Assembly: GCF_001194135.2 (NCBI RefSeq) | Contig: NC_068982.1 | Coordinates: forward strand, 168,274,155 to 168,329,911 | Reading direction: 5' to 3' | Source of the DNA: Octopus bimaculoides | Lineage: Eukaryota | Length of the DNA stretch: 55,757 bases | Shown here: piece by piece, positions 1-12,495 of the stretch | Layout of the letters: the number at the start of each line of letters is the position of its first letter | Position numbering within the stretch: position 1 is the first letter of the stretch | Translations under genes and position numbers: made by a program | Notes under the pieces: generated by a model | Told to the model about the DNA's origin: nothing | What the model saw: the letters and a program-made list of their open reading frames with translations, nothing else | The model's database searches: none

Positions 1-1268
1 GTCGCTGTGTAATGGCTTCATTAGTTGTGCATTCAATATTTTGAAAAGAAAATATAACAGTTGCACTTGTATCGTAAGCTGAACTGAGTGCAATTATATA
101 TATATTTTTTTTTTATTATATACTTGATGTGTAACAAGAATATATTTTCGTAGAACTGTATGTTTGCCCTTATCGAGTTCATTGTACGAACGTAACAACT
201 TCAGCGTTTTTCTAAAAAAGGCCAATGGAAATATATATCTGTTTCACTATCCATATAACAGCCGCTCGTATATAAACAACTCTCCGAAATTTGCAGTTTT
301 GTTCTGTGTGATCATAGGACACGATTAGTAAATCTATATGAAGTAGTTTATTGATTTATTGCCATTATATATTCACACACAACACACACAGCCAGCCACC
401 GACTACCAACCCATGCACACAAAACACACACACATACACACATATAGGGCAGGCTTTCGCACAGTTTTGCGTGCTGAATTCCATTCACAAGTTATTGTTT
501 ATAGTTAACTTCAGGTTATATTCGAAGATATTTGATCAAGATACTGCGCAATCGGATCGAAACCGAAACAACATGATTGCCAAACTCAAATTTGATCTTG
601 ACAGAGAAGCATTTGACATATTTTGGAGATATTTGGTTGTTTTTAATAGTTATATAAATAAACCAATGTTCTCATATGCGCTGAGAATATTTGTCTCCCA
701 TCACTTTATCCGTTCTAAAATTTGTGCCGTAAAACTAATTCCAAATTTCGTGATTGCATGAAATAAACAATTTACTTTTAGAGTACATATACAATGCGGT
801 CGTGTATTATTAAAATATTTCGCTAGAGATTGATATAAAATTTATAATTTCTTTATTTTTATCCAATAACTTTCAATAAAGATATCTTTTAGAATATGAA
901 TATTGGTTGCTTTTATGCTGTAAAAATAATCTATTCACAGTAAAACATGAAATCGATTTAGATTTTCAAATGGCTAAAATTTTGATAAAACTATTAATAT
1001 TGTAAATCATCGGTTCGTAAGTAGAGATGAAGCCACAAAATTGTTTCGTTACAAGAATAATGCTGAAGACTCCTTCAGACAAGTAATAATGATGTTTTAC
1101 TTGGCCTCAACAAGGTACATCGACAAGGTATATCATTCTTTATCAAGGTCTATCGATATTACGAGCTGATCGGGAAAGCAACGAAGTGTCTTAATTTCAT
1201 AATCTTTTTGTATTTACAGCTGCTTACATTTTTCTGTCTCTCTCCCTCCCCACTCTCTCTCTCCTCTA

Positions 1269-1301
<33 letters not shown>

Positions 1302-1614
1302 NNNNNNNNNNNNNNNNNNNNNNNNNNNNNNNNNNNNNNNNNNNNNNNNNNNNNNNNNNNNNNNNNNNNNNNNNNNNNNNNNNNNNNNNNNNNNNNNNNN
1401 NNNNNNNNNNNNNNNNNNNNNNNNNNNNNNNNNNNNNNNNNNNNNNNNNNNNNNNNNTATATATATATATATACATCAATCTATCTGTCTACTAGAGTGC
1501 TAGTCGGAATCGGAAAATACCGTTGATATTGTCAGTTTTACTCACAACTTTAAATGTTAAAGAATCCATTATGTAGTTAAGATTATTCGAAAACACACAT
1601 ACAGACAGACATAC

Positions 1615-1653
<39 letters not shown>

Positions 1654-1660
1654 GACACAG

Positions 1661-1691
<31 letters not shown>

Positions 1692-2214
1692 TACACACAC
1701 ACACTGTGGCACATGTGTGAGACTGAATTTTTAAATCTATGTCGCATTACATATATTATTCAGTCTTTTTTGCACATCTGCTAGTTATAAATGGAAGTCT
1801 GACGTCATCTATCATAACTGTACATTACCATATATTTACAAGATTTTGCATGTCTATACACACAGACAAATATACATACACACACACACGCACGCAGGAC
1901 TTACACGCATACATGTACACACGCACGCACGCACGCACGCGCACTCACACAAACATGCAATCACTCTTTCACACGTTGACGTCAACACGTATGCTGATAG
2001 TCCTCCATGCGCTTGTCTACATACGCGTAGGTGTGTATTTTATTTTATTTTGTATATGCAGGTACTTTTGTGTACATGTACGTAAACATATACACGTACA
2101 CATATATGTATATCTACATATGTACATATATGTATGTATGCGTGTATGCATGTATATATATGTATGTATATATATATATATATTTATGTATGTATATATG
2201 TATGTATATATGTA

Positions 2215-2269
<55 letters not shown>

Positions 2270-2557
2270 NNNNNNNNNNNNNNNNNNNNNNNNNNNNNNN
2301 NNNNNNNNNNNNNNNNNNNNNNNNNNNNNNNNNNNNNNNNNNNNNNNNNNNNNNNNNNNNNNNNNNNNNNNNNNNNNNNNNNNNNNNNNNNNNNNNNNNN
2401 NNNNNNNNNNNNNNNNNNNNNNNNNNNNNNNNNNNNNNNNNNNNNNNNNNNNNNNNNNNNNNNNNNNNNNNNNNNNNNNNNNNNNNNNNNNNNNNNNNNN
2501 NNNNNNNNNNNNNNNNNNNNNNNNNNNNNNNNNNNNNNNNNNNNNNNNNNNNNNNNN

Positions 2558-2602
<45 letters not shown>

Positions 2603-3289
2603 ATACGTATATACATGTGAGTGTTCACGCGCGCGCGCGTGTGTGTGTGTGTGTGTGTGTGCGTGCGTGTCGAATATAAACATATGTATATGTATATAGC
2701 TGAGTGTATACTATAATTTCACACTTCGTATTAACCAATATGACATTTTTTTAATGAAGAATTGCAAGAAACCCAAAATAATATTATCTCTTAGAATCAC
2801 ATAGCTGATGCGTCTGTGAAGTTTACCATTTAATCTCCACTGTCTGCTTGCATTACGAAATTCATTGCTTGCAAGTTTTCCTCCGTTCTATGACGTACAA
2901 ACCGTTGGCAGGTGCAAAATAACTGGTGATGTAAAATAATATGAAGACGAAATTCGTACATTAATACATAAAACCATTTATACATATAGACATAATTTCA
3001 TAACACTAAACAAACATATATACACAATTTTGAAAAAAAGGTAATGAACACATAGACATACACAAATTGGAAAAAGGTAATGAACACATAGGCATACACA
3101 CACACATATCCGTGTACAGGTACGTGTGTATGTACATGAGTGTGTGGGTCTATTTTTATTGTTCTCGTTTGAATGTATGCTTGTATAGTACTTTGAGTAT
3201 ATGTGCACGTATAGGAATGTTTTCATGTACGAATGTAAGTACTTCGTCCTCATATTGTTTTACGAAATTATTATTCTTGTAACTCAGGT

Positions 3290-3710
3290 TCTGTTGGAAC
3301 TCCTGGAATCTTGCTTGAGTAACATGCTTGCTACCTCAGCCTGCGGTAACGTGTTATTTTTTCTCTTCATCTAACAGTTTTCTAATGATTCTAGCTTTCC
3401 AACTAGGCAAACTTTTTTACAACAGCTCTACTGGGCACTCTATTCCTATTTCCTTTATATTCCTCTCAATACTTACTTACACAGTTCCCCAAGACCTCAG
3501 CAATAATTGGCACTATCTTCACCCTTTTGTTATTTTCCACTATCGAGCTTTATTGTATTCAAGAGGACTGTAAACGTTTAGTTTTTCGCCTTCATTCTTA
3601 ACTATTCCTGTGTCGAATAAAAAGGCAATTTCAATTATAGAGCATATTCGGTTTGCTTTGACGAAGTCCGACTTATTGTGCTCAAGCATCTGGTCTGTTT
3701 GGATTGAGAT
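3290..3710 (-). mobile_element. R4/Dong-like non-LTR retrotransposon, 3' RLE fragment
   Basis: Manual minus-strand translation SIQTDQMLEHNKSDFV...ICSIIEIAFLFD...VKIVPII..VLGTVSK matches the restriction-like endonuclease C-terminus; decayed. Confidence 0.75.
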
Positions 3711-3843
<133 letters not shown>

Positions 3844-3889
3844 TTCATATACGCACAGCAGATTAAACTATTGAATAACAAAAATTCCT

Positions 3890-6430
3890 AACATCGGAAT
3901 TCCTAATCTTAGATGCCAAGAACCCTCCTATGTACTCTCACTGCCCATAATGTTTCTGGAGCTGTACTAGACTGGGTTTTCTGTCTATTTCATTTATCCA
4001 CACGTTCAAATATTTAAGAATACTTCCTAATGAATTTATAACTACGGAAATACATTCTACCCGCAATATACTGAGCCTCTGTAACTCAATGACTAGGTCA
4101 TGTTACTTTACTATTATTTCTATACCTCTCATGCTGATTATCTCATCATTTGGGACTGTAAAGTCAATTATCTGGCACCTTGTATTCTCTTTCTCTACTT
4201 CTACTAAATCAGGCCTTCTAGCCTCCAATACTTTGTCCATCTGGATGTTAAAATCCCACAGTATCTTATATTTCTTACATTCTAGTATTTTACTATGTTC
4301 ATGTTCATGCCATTTATTAGCATGGTCAAATTCTAGCTTCCTACATAACTCCCAGTGAATTACTTTCCCTAGGTTGTCATGTCTTTTCTTGTATTTGTTC
4401 TGTGCCAATATGCGACTTTCACTTACTATATGAGTAAAACTTTCCTCTTTTGTTTCGTGTAACCTACATTGGGAATCTACCTGCATTTTGTCTATCTTGT
4501 CTTTTATTCAATTCGCTCTCGACGCTTGATCTTGTGCTGCTACTAACAAGGTTTTATCTCCCTTTTCAGATTTCCTTTCTGCAACCATAACCATGCGTCA
4601 ATATTACTATTTCCTGCAACAATATTTGGGAATCTACCATTCAAAGCCTTCTCTTGCCAGTCAGATAATCTTTCTTTTTTTTTTCTGGTTTTTAATTTCA
4701 TTTGACGTTTTGGTTTCCCTATATCCTACTGTGACTGTAGCAGATCTTTGTAAACTTTATTCACTATAACCTACATAGGAGTCTATATCTTACTCTAGCT
4801 AACTTCACGCAGTCTCGTACTGATATTAACCCTCTATCACTTTCCTCTCTCAGTAAGTGTAATCTTGCTGCCCCTGCCCTTGGATGGAGTCTTCCATTTA
4901 TATTGAATCTCATCCTAGTTATTTTGCCTAGATTTGCTAATTCAGATTTTGTCCAATCTAAAAAAAGCCACTAAGTGTCTAAGTAACAACACCGCTCAAG
5001 TATTTACCGCCTTCCCTAGATTTGGACCATTTAGCTTTCATTCAATTCGCTTCCTCCCTCTTCTGGTGTACCCTCAAATTTCGTTTTCATTTCTACAGTT
5101 AGCACTCTGTTGGATTCTAATACTCCAAGATATTTATAACTTCTCCCTTCTTTCAATGATCTTAATCTCTAGTCGTCTGATAACAGAAAGCCTTCACTGC
5201 TGACTACCTGTCCCTTTTTCATGACTAATATTGCGCACTTATCTATACCAAATTCCACGCCTATACATTTGCTGAAGAGTCTTACAGTCTGTATTAAGGA
5301 ATCTGTTAATTTTTCCTTTACTATTTCTGAGCTGATACACTGCCTATACCTTCCTTAAAACTAAACTGAGGGGGGTTAAGCATAAGACAAGTATTAAAGT
5401 GGAATTTCCTTGGAAAATTCCCCTCTTGATATTTATTTTCCCTGAGGCTGAGTAGAGATCGACTTCCCATTTTTCCATGCGAAAGCTAATTAACTCTCTT
5501 ATGTTGTCTGCAATACTGAAGATACTCAAACATTCACTTATCCATGAGTGTGAAATCGTGTCATAAACTTTATTATAATCTATCCATGTTATTGTTAAAT
5601 TTTTGTTTCTAGATTTTACTTCATTTAGAACTGCTTTGTTTATGTTTAATGGATTATCTGTTCCTCTAGCCTACTTCCTGCAACCTTTCTTTTCTGGCTG
5701 TCAAAGCGGTCGTAAATGCTTTTTGAGAGCATTCCTGTTAATAGCTTCCACAATAATGGTAAGCAAATGATTGGCCTATACTTCCTTGCTGTATTACCCT
5801 TGCATTTGTCTTTCATAAGGAATACTGTTCCCCCTCTAGTAATCCAATCTGGAATTACTCATCCGTTCAGGCACTCCTGAAGTTGTTCCCTCAGTTTCCT
5901 CTGTAAACTACGAAATTTCTTTAACCAGTACCCTTGAATTAAATTTGGTCCTTGGCTCTTCCAATTCAGCATTAATGCACTAAGCCTTAGATCTGGTTGC
6001 TTCTCACTAACTATTTCTACCCTTGCTTTCTTTAACCATACTGCATCTCCATTATGAATGACTGGTTTATCACAAATATTACTCCAGAACTTTCTAATTT
6101 CTTCTGCATTAGGTTTTTCATCTTCAGTACCTCTCCACTATTTATCTGGCCATAAATTCTCTTCTGGTATGCGTCAGACAATCTATTCTGTTGATACTTA
6201 TCTAAACTTTTCTGATATCTAGAAATCTTATCTGTTGTTGCTATGGTATGCTGTTTCAAATCTTCCATAATTGTCTCAAATCCTTTCTCTTTGACTAAGT
6301 TTTTTTCTCAAGAGAAGATTCAAACTTTGTGTTTTATAACTCGTTCAGTTTCCAGGCTTCTATTCTACTCAGATCTTAAAGTTTTCATTTTATTTTCTAA
6401 TCTCCGTTTCCATATTTGCTCATTTTTAAA
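3890..6430 (-). mobile_element. R4/Dong-like RLE non-LTR retrotransposon, 5'-truncated and decayed (RT + zinc knuckle + RLE)
   Basis: ORF 5344-5529 has INIKRGIFQGNS (RT GIFQGDS motif). ORF 4103-4486 has CRLH..KEESFTHIVSE, RHDNLGKVIHWELC, KILWDFNIQMDKVLEARRPDLV and IIDFTVP (degenerate CCHC, RHD and PD..D RLE motifs). Confidence 0.92.
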
Positions 6431-6460
6431 ATTATTATTGTGATTATAATTATTCTGCTA

Positions 6461-6702
6461 GCTAGCAGAACCGTTACTATGCCGGGCGAAATATCGCTAA
6501 GCATTTCGCCGGTCGCTAAGTTCTGAGCTCAAATTCTGCTGAGATCGGGTTTGCCATTCATCATTTCGGGTTCGATAAATTAAGTACCAGTGTGACACTG
6601 GGGTCGATGTAATCGACATATCCCCTCTCCCGAACTTGCTGGCTTTGTGCCAAAATTTGAAATCGTCATTATCACCATCATCACCATCGTCATCAACATC
6701 AC

Positions 6703-6756
<54 letters not shown>

Positions 6757-6796
6757 TATTATTATTATTATCATCATCATTATTATTATTATTATC

Positions 6797-6858
<62 letters not shown>

Positions 6859-7385
6859 GGCGGCGAGCTGAAAGAATCGTCAGTACGTCGGGCAAAATGC
6901 TTACAGGCATTTCGTCTGTCTTTACGTTTTCGGTTTAAATTCCGCTGAGGTTGCTTTTTGTTTTTCACCCTTTCGTGGTCGCTAATATTAGTACCCGTTA
7001 CGAACTGGGGTCGATATAATCGACTAGATTCCTTCCCCGAACTTTCAGTTCTTATGTCTATAATACAATAGGACTACTATTGTTATTAAGGCGGTAAGCT
7101 GGCAGAACCGTTAGCACCACAGAAAAAAGTATTTAGCGATAATAAACAGTAAGCAATATTGTAAGAGTACTTAGTCGGAGAGCTGGCAGAATCGTTAGCA
7201 CACAAGGCGAAATGCTTAGCGGTATTTCGTCTGTCTTTACGTTCTGAGTTCAAATTCTGCCGAGGTTGACTTTGTCTTTGATCTTTTCGGGGTCGATAAA
7301 TTAAATACCACTTGCGCATTGGAGTCGATCTAATCGACTAGCCCTCTCCCCACAAATTTCGGGCCTTCTGCCTAGAGTAGAATTT
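6461..7385 (+). mobile_element. Cluster of family-A tRNA-derived SINEs (about 6461-6664, 6857-7070, 7087-7135 partial, 7180-7385) separated by (ATC)n/(ATT)n tails
   Basis: Shared head AAGGCGG.GAGCTGGCAGAATCGTTAGCAC, B-box GAGTTCAAATTC and central CCTTTCATCCTTTCGGGGTCGATAAATTAAGTACCAG...CTGGGGTCGAT..AATCGAC. Confidence 0.9.
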
Positions 7386-7663
7386 TAAACAACTTCCTCA
7401 ATAAAGTGAATAATATAATAATGAGGAGGAAGGCAGTATCTTTGATAAGAAATTTGTAAGGAACAGTTCATCAAGCATATGAAATATATTTTAAATTAAA
7501 GCAATTAATGTTTTTTATATTGCACCAATAAAGAGTTTATAAAAATGCATAAGCCATATCATTAAAATATAATCCCGATTTGAGGGACTATAAATGCCTG
7601 AAATTCCCGTCGGTTCCCTTTATAATTGGGATTATAAAGGCAACAAACTCAGAGAGAGAGATG

Positions 7664-7701
<38 letters not shown>

Positions 7702-7859
7702 TAGGCAGCGCAAGATGGAGAGAAAGAAAGAGGAAATGATGTCACAAGGAAAGCAAACATCGAGAGTCTAAATTAGCAAATAAAAACGTTGCTATGCTTA
7801 AAGTAGAAGGAAAAAAACATTGAATATATCTTTATCTTCAAACACTCAAAGCATGCCAA

Positions 7860-8200
7860 CGGCCCTTCAACAACAACGCAGGCTGATAAGCTCAGTGACT
7901 ACTACTAAATTCAGGCTACGGCAGAAAGAGGGATGTTCTTGAAGCCGAGGACTTTAAACTTACAGAGACAATATTTACATATCGCCTAAGAAAACAAAAC
8001 TAGATCTCATAATGCAAGGAAACAGTTGCATTATCAAGTACCAGCACTCCTAGAGAACTACGTTGCGTGGAAATAATTGTAGTGATCAAAAAACAAATGT
8101 CCAACCGTACCCCTTCTTGTTGGCTCCAAGTTTTTGAATTATATATTTACACACGACAAATGCCCAAACACGAACCTGGTAGAACGTATAATACCATTAC
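7860..8200 (-). mobile_element. Possible pogo/Tigger-like transposase relic
   Basis: Minus-strand fragments ANKKG...F*..LFP, LVLDNA and FLP.......QP occur in the expected pogo DDE order but are very decayed. Confidence 0.3.
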
Positions 8201-8257
8201 TGGATAGCACAGGGTAAATTTGAAGGTGAATGAGCTTTATACTGTACTCTACCATAG

Positions 8258-8291
<34 letters not shown>

Positions 8292-8409
8292 NNNNNNNNN
8301 NNNNNNNNNNNNNNNNNNNNNNNNNNNNNNNNNNNNNNNNNNNNNNNNNNNNNNNNNNNNNNNNNNNNNNNNNNNNNNNNNNNNNNNNNNNNNNNNNNNN
8401 NNNNNNNNA

Positions 8410-9945
8410 CAGAGTCTTGGCCAAAAGTATTAGGCCACCCCAATGTTTTGGGGTTCTGCTATCTCAATGTTAATGAAACTCGTCCACATGGTAGATTATG
8501 GTACATTTCACAATATGCATTATTTTCAATATCTGGTTGACTCTCCTTTATCTTCAATTATCGCTTTTATACTGTACTGTAAATATGCGACCAATTATGA
8601 GTTAGACCAGCGTCCAAAATTAACTTATGTTTCCTTGATTATTTCAGAGTTTTATGCTAAAATACATTGTAGTACAGTTAATAAACGGTAAACTGCCTAA
8701 AACAAGGGAGTTGAGTGAGTGTGAGCGAGGTCAAATCGTAGCTTCTCATGAAGATGGAACGTCTGAAAGGCAAATTGCTCAGAAGATGAAATGTTCTCGA
8801 TGTGCAGTGCAAACGACTCTCAAGCACTTCAGGGAGACAAAAGATGTGAAGACAATTCAAAGAACAAGCAGAAAAAAGCTTACATCACCTTGTGATGATA
8901 GATCCATCATCCGTTAGTCGCTCAGAAACAGAAGAAAAACATCGTCGAAGCTCTGTGCGAACTTCAACAAATACTTCACAAATATCAACCAGAACTGTTA
9001 GAAGAAGGCTGAAAGGCTGAAAGGCTGTAAAGCTAGGAAGAAGCCATGGGTTTCTGAAGCGAATATGGGAAAACGTCTTCTGTGGGCCAAAAACCACTCA
9101 GATAGGACCAGTGAGCAATGGTCAAAAGTTATATGGTCGGATGAAAGTAACTATGAGGTAAGATAGTACATGTATTCAATCAGCATATAAACTTAATGTA
9201 ACTGGTTTGTTGCCCAAAATATATAACAAGTATCCAACATAAAGTTAATATTATTTTTCATATTTTTAGTCAGGTCTTCAGTACATCTGATGCAATTTTC
9301 ATGCGTCGTTGACTTGGGGAAGCATTTAAGGCTGAATGTCTGGTACCAACCATAAAACATGGGAGTTGTTTTAACATGGTGTGAGCCTGCATATCTGCCA
9401 CAGGACCCGGAGAAATGTTTTTATATCGGGTAAGGATATATTCAGCTACCTATGCTTCTGTGTTATCAGATGTTTTAGAGCCATCAATTGCTAAATTTCA
9501 TCCAGGAGTGTCGAACAAAACAGTGTTATCTTTCAACAGGACAGCACTTTATGTCATACAGCAAAGAATACTCATGAATGTTTTGAGACACTAGGTATTG
9601 TTCCCACAGACTGTCAAGCTGAAAGTCCCGATCTAAATCTGATCGAACACTTATGATGAACTTTTGGTGAAGCTATCACGAGCACAACAATTGAAAATAA
9701 AGAACATTTGTACCAAACGTTAAGAGAAGAGTGGAGTAAAATTGCACCTTGCACCTGCAAGAAACTTGTCGATTCAATGCCTAACCATATAAAAGCGGTA
9801 ATTGATGCTAAAGGAGGGGCAGCCAGATATTAAAACTAATGTATATTGTGGAATATACCATAATCTACCCTGTGCACGAGCTTCATTAACATTGAGATAG
9901 CAGAACGCCCAAAACATTGGAGTGGCCTAATACTTTTGGTCAAGG

Positions 9946-9948
<3 letters not shown>
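8410..9948 (+). mobile_element. Full-length Tc1-family (DD34E) DNA transposon, decayed, with ~118-bp imperfect TIRs (about 8410-8528 and 9831-9948), inserted in a (TA)n tract
   Basis: Left end CAGAGTCTTGGCCAAAAGTATTAGGCCACCCCAATGTTTTGGG matches the reverse complement of the right end (CACCCTTGACCAAAAGTATTAGGCCACTCCAATGTTTTGGG). The ORF track translates both TIRs to near-identical peptides (SAISMLMKLVH.VDYG.FHN). TA follows the right end at 9949-9950 and (TA)n lies on both flanks. Confidence 0.95.
8693..9833 (+). pseudogene. Tc1 transposase pseudogene, two exons (about 8693-9157 and 9274-9833)
   Basis: N-terminal HTH region (PKTRELSECERGQIV...CSRCAVQTTL), then KARKKPW..., WSKVIWSDESNYE|VF, IFQQDSTLCHTAK and SPDLNLIEHL with exactly 34 residues between the second D and E; C-terminus LVDSMPNHIKAVIDAKGGAARY*. 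Several stops and frameshifts, including an 8-bp AGGCTGAA duplication near 9006-9029. The start codon appears mutated (CTG at 8693). Confidence 0.93.
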
Positions 9949-9994
<46 letters not shown>

Positions 9995-10039
9995 TATAGC
10001 TATAAATGTATGATGTATATGTGTATATAGATGTATATG

Positions 10040-10365
10040 GTAAAAAAGACTCCTTTTGGTCATTAATGACCATGGGATTGCGCCAAGAATGTTACCCTCC
10101 GAAGTACAAGTCTGAGTAAAGTTGTTTATAGAAGACCAGCAGTTGTTCATGCATACCACCTTCCCCTCTCCACTGATGTTGTCAAGGGAAAGTCAAGGGT
10201 CAATACAGATTGGACCTAGACATCGCAACTCATTTCTACAGCTGAGTGAACTAGAGCAATGATAAATAAAATGTCTTGCTCAAGAACACAACACACAGCC
10301 CGGTCCGAGAATTGAACTCACTACCTCATGATTGTGAGCCCGATGCTCTAACTTCTGAACCATAT
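10040..10365 (-). mobile_element. Family-C tRNA-derived SINE (CORE-like) with long 3' tail
   Basis: Plus strand CTTGCTCAAGAACACAACACACAGCCCGGTCCGAGAATTGAACTCAC...GATGCTCTAAC is the reverse complement of an A-box/B-box head plus TCTTGAGCAAGACA CORE-like segment. Confidence 0.8.
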
Positions 10366-12405
10366 CATATATGTTTTCATTTCACATATATTAAAGTGAA
10401 TATTGAACCAGTTTTCTTCTTTTTTTTTTTTTTTNNNNNNNNNNTTTTTTTTTTTTTTTTTTTAGAAATTGTTCACTTTAAAGTCTATTATATCTCTATT
10501 TAAAAATAAACATAATTTTCTCTAACTTTACTGTATGTTATCGTTTTCAAGGTATCTATGTAAGATAAACAGATTTGCAGCCGTTATTAACGGCACAGAA
10601 GTTTTAAGCACAGAATAAACTATAACTGAAGAGAATACACAAAAGTTTCATATATTTATGAACACTAAAAAGAAGAAATGTAGAACATGAAGTCTTATTT
10701 GAATTTGTAATGAAAAATACTATTTTAAACATATGACAATAAGACATACAACTTACTGCAAGCAGGGAATTATAACAACGCAATAAGTTGATCATATTGT
10801 AAATCAGTCACTTTGTATATCGACTGGATAATAACAGCAAAATATTTCACTAGAAAATTGATACATGGAAATTATTAGCTGAATAACTTCACACATGATA
10901 AAGAACAGAAAAACAGCGAATGAGAGAAGAACAAAGAGAAAATTTGTGAATATCTTCTGTGCTAGAAGGATACACAGTCTTAGAAGACAGATTGTGTGGG
11001 AATGTACTAGGAATGCGTAGTTTGACTTAATGTAGTTAATAGATATAAAGGTTTTGATACAGAGATATCAGTGTTGTAAGGACCTTTCATATCATTCAAA
11101 ACCGATGTTGATATTATTCAATGTAATTCGATAACGACGCAGATAAAATAAAGTTGAATAAATGGAGTTGTAAAATATTTAATCACAGAATAATCCTTAA
11201 TATTACTTGTCGACGCCTGGCAATGTTTCCATCCATCAATAAAATAACAGTACTCATTTTCAGGAAACTTTATTTGAGACGCATTTATATATGATTCAAG
11301 GCTATAAGGAAAATATGATATTAGGAAATATCTTATTAACGATGAAAAGATTTATACATATTAACAACATATGCATGAGAGTTGAGAATTTAGTGCAAAC
11401 CAACAATGATGAAAAAAAAAATAATGATGGAAATATTCAGGAGTATAAGATATAAATATTAAAATACTTTTCATAAGGAGGTATGGAATTTCTTTGCACC
11501 GAATTACAGCTACATATTTACTTATTACAATATCAATACTTACTTTATTTGAAAATTTAGCCGACTGTGATGTAAGAAATGGGTACCGTATATCAAATCA
11601 TTTTATCTTGCTACATATTATATGCACTAAAGCCACCAAACAAGAATGGCATAGATGTTGTATTTAGAAAAGGGAAATAGAAACTTACCTACATAGATAT
11701 ACTTCATAATATATAAGCTATATGACATACAAAGGAAACAAATACACATCATCGGTTCTGCCATAATAAATTATAAAATATAATGCTAAGTACAAATTAT
11801 AATTAAACAGGGTAATTACCAATTAAAAATTAAGTCAACAAAAGCAATGATAGGAAATAAAGGAAATGACAATGGCATTTTTTATGGTTGATATAATCAA
11901 CCGCACCTTCCCACATCAAGCTCGTGTATGTAGTTAAACACTTATATTATTGCATGTTATTTTCTGATACTCTACTTACAATAATGGAAATAGCACAAAC
12001 AATAATATCAACAGAACAAAGAAACAACTGCAGCAGGAAAATAGTGTCATTTTTTTCACAGGATACCATATAGCTAAACGCAGCAGTAATAATAATAATA
12101 AAGGAGAGCAAGGACTTTTCATTCTTCAGCAAGATCCTATGATGTTTCCATAAAAGGAGGTGAAATGTACGTAACAGCGCAAGAATATAACTAATGTGTT
12201 TTACGATGCTTGAAAAGTAAAAGCACTAAAAATGATTCTCGTATCCATGTAGAAAATCTGCATGAATATAACTGAGCTCAAATGGTATTTTATTTGGCAA
12301 GTGGAACACTGAAAGAGGTGATCGTAAATTTGGACATAGCAAAAATCTTATTCTACTGTTTAATGTGTATCTGATGAGTTTCTTTATTTTTTTAAATTTT
12401 TAAAG

Positions 12406-12495
12406 GAACCTATGAAGTGCTATGTCTTATCTCAGGAGAAATGTTTCCAGATCTATTGAAGTTCCGCGTGTTAAACACATTTGAAATTATAAGAC
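12406..12495 (+). CDS. Candidate internal exon (GTYEVLCLISGEMFPDLLKFRVLNTFEIIR), unknown gene
   Basis: Long T-rich acceptor ending AAAG|G, donor AGAC|GTAAGA, 90 nt, open in phase 1-1; no recognisable homology. Confidence 0.25.

Noticed and set aside
510-640. Exon-like open frame RLYSKIFDQD...FDIFWRYL in ORF 351-761
   Set aside because: Weak donor, no recognised domain, and the ORF length is inflated by a CA tract.
1492-2699. Many ORFs with CV, YI, HT or MY repeats and X runs (also 23.0-23.5, 42.0-43.2, 45.2-46.6 and 50.4-51.1 kb)
   Set aside because: Translations of microsatellites and N gaps; no coding signal.
3019-3100. Two imperfect ~37-bp direct repeats
   Set aside because: Ordinary local tandem duplication in low-complexity sequence; not spacer-separated, so not CRISPR-like.
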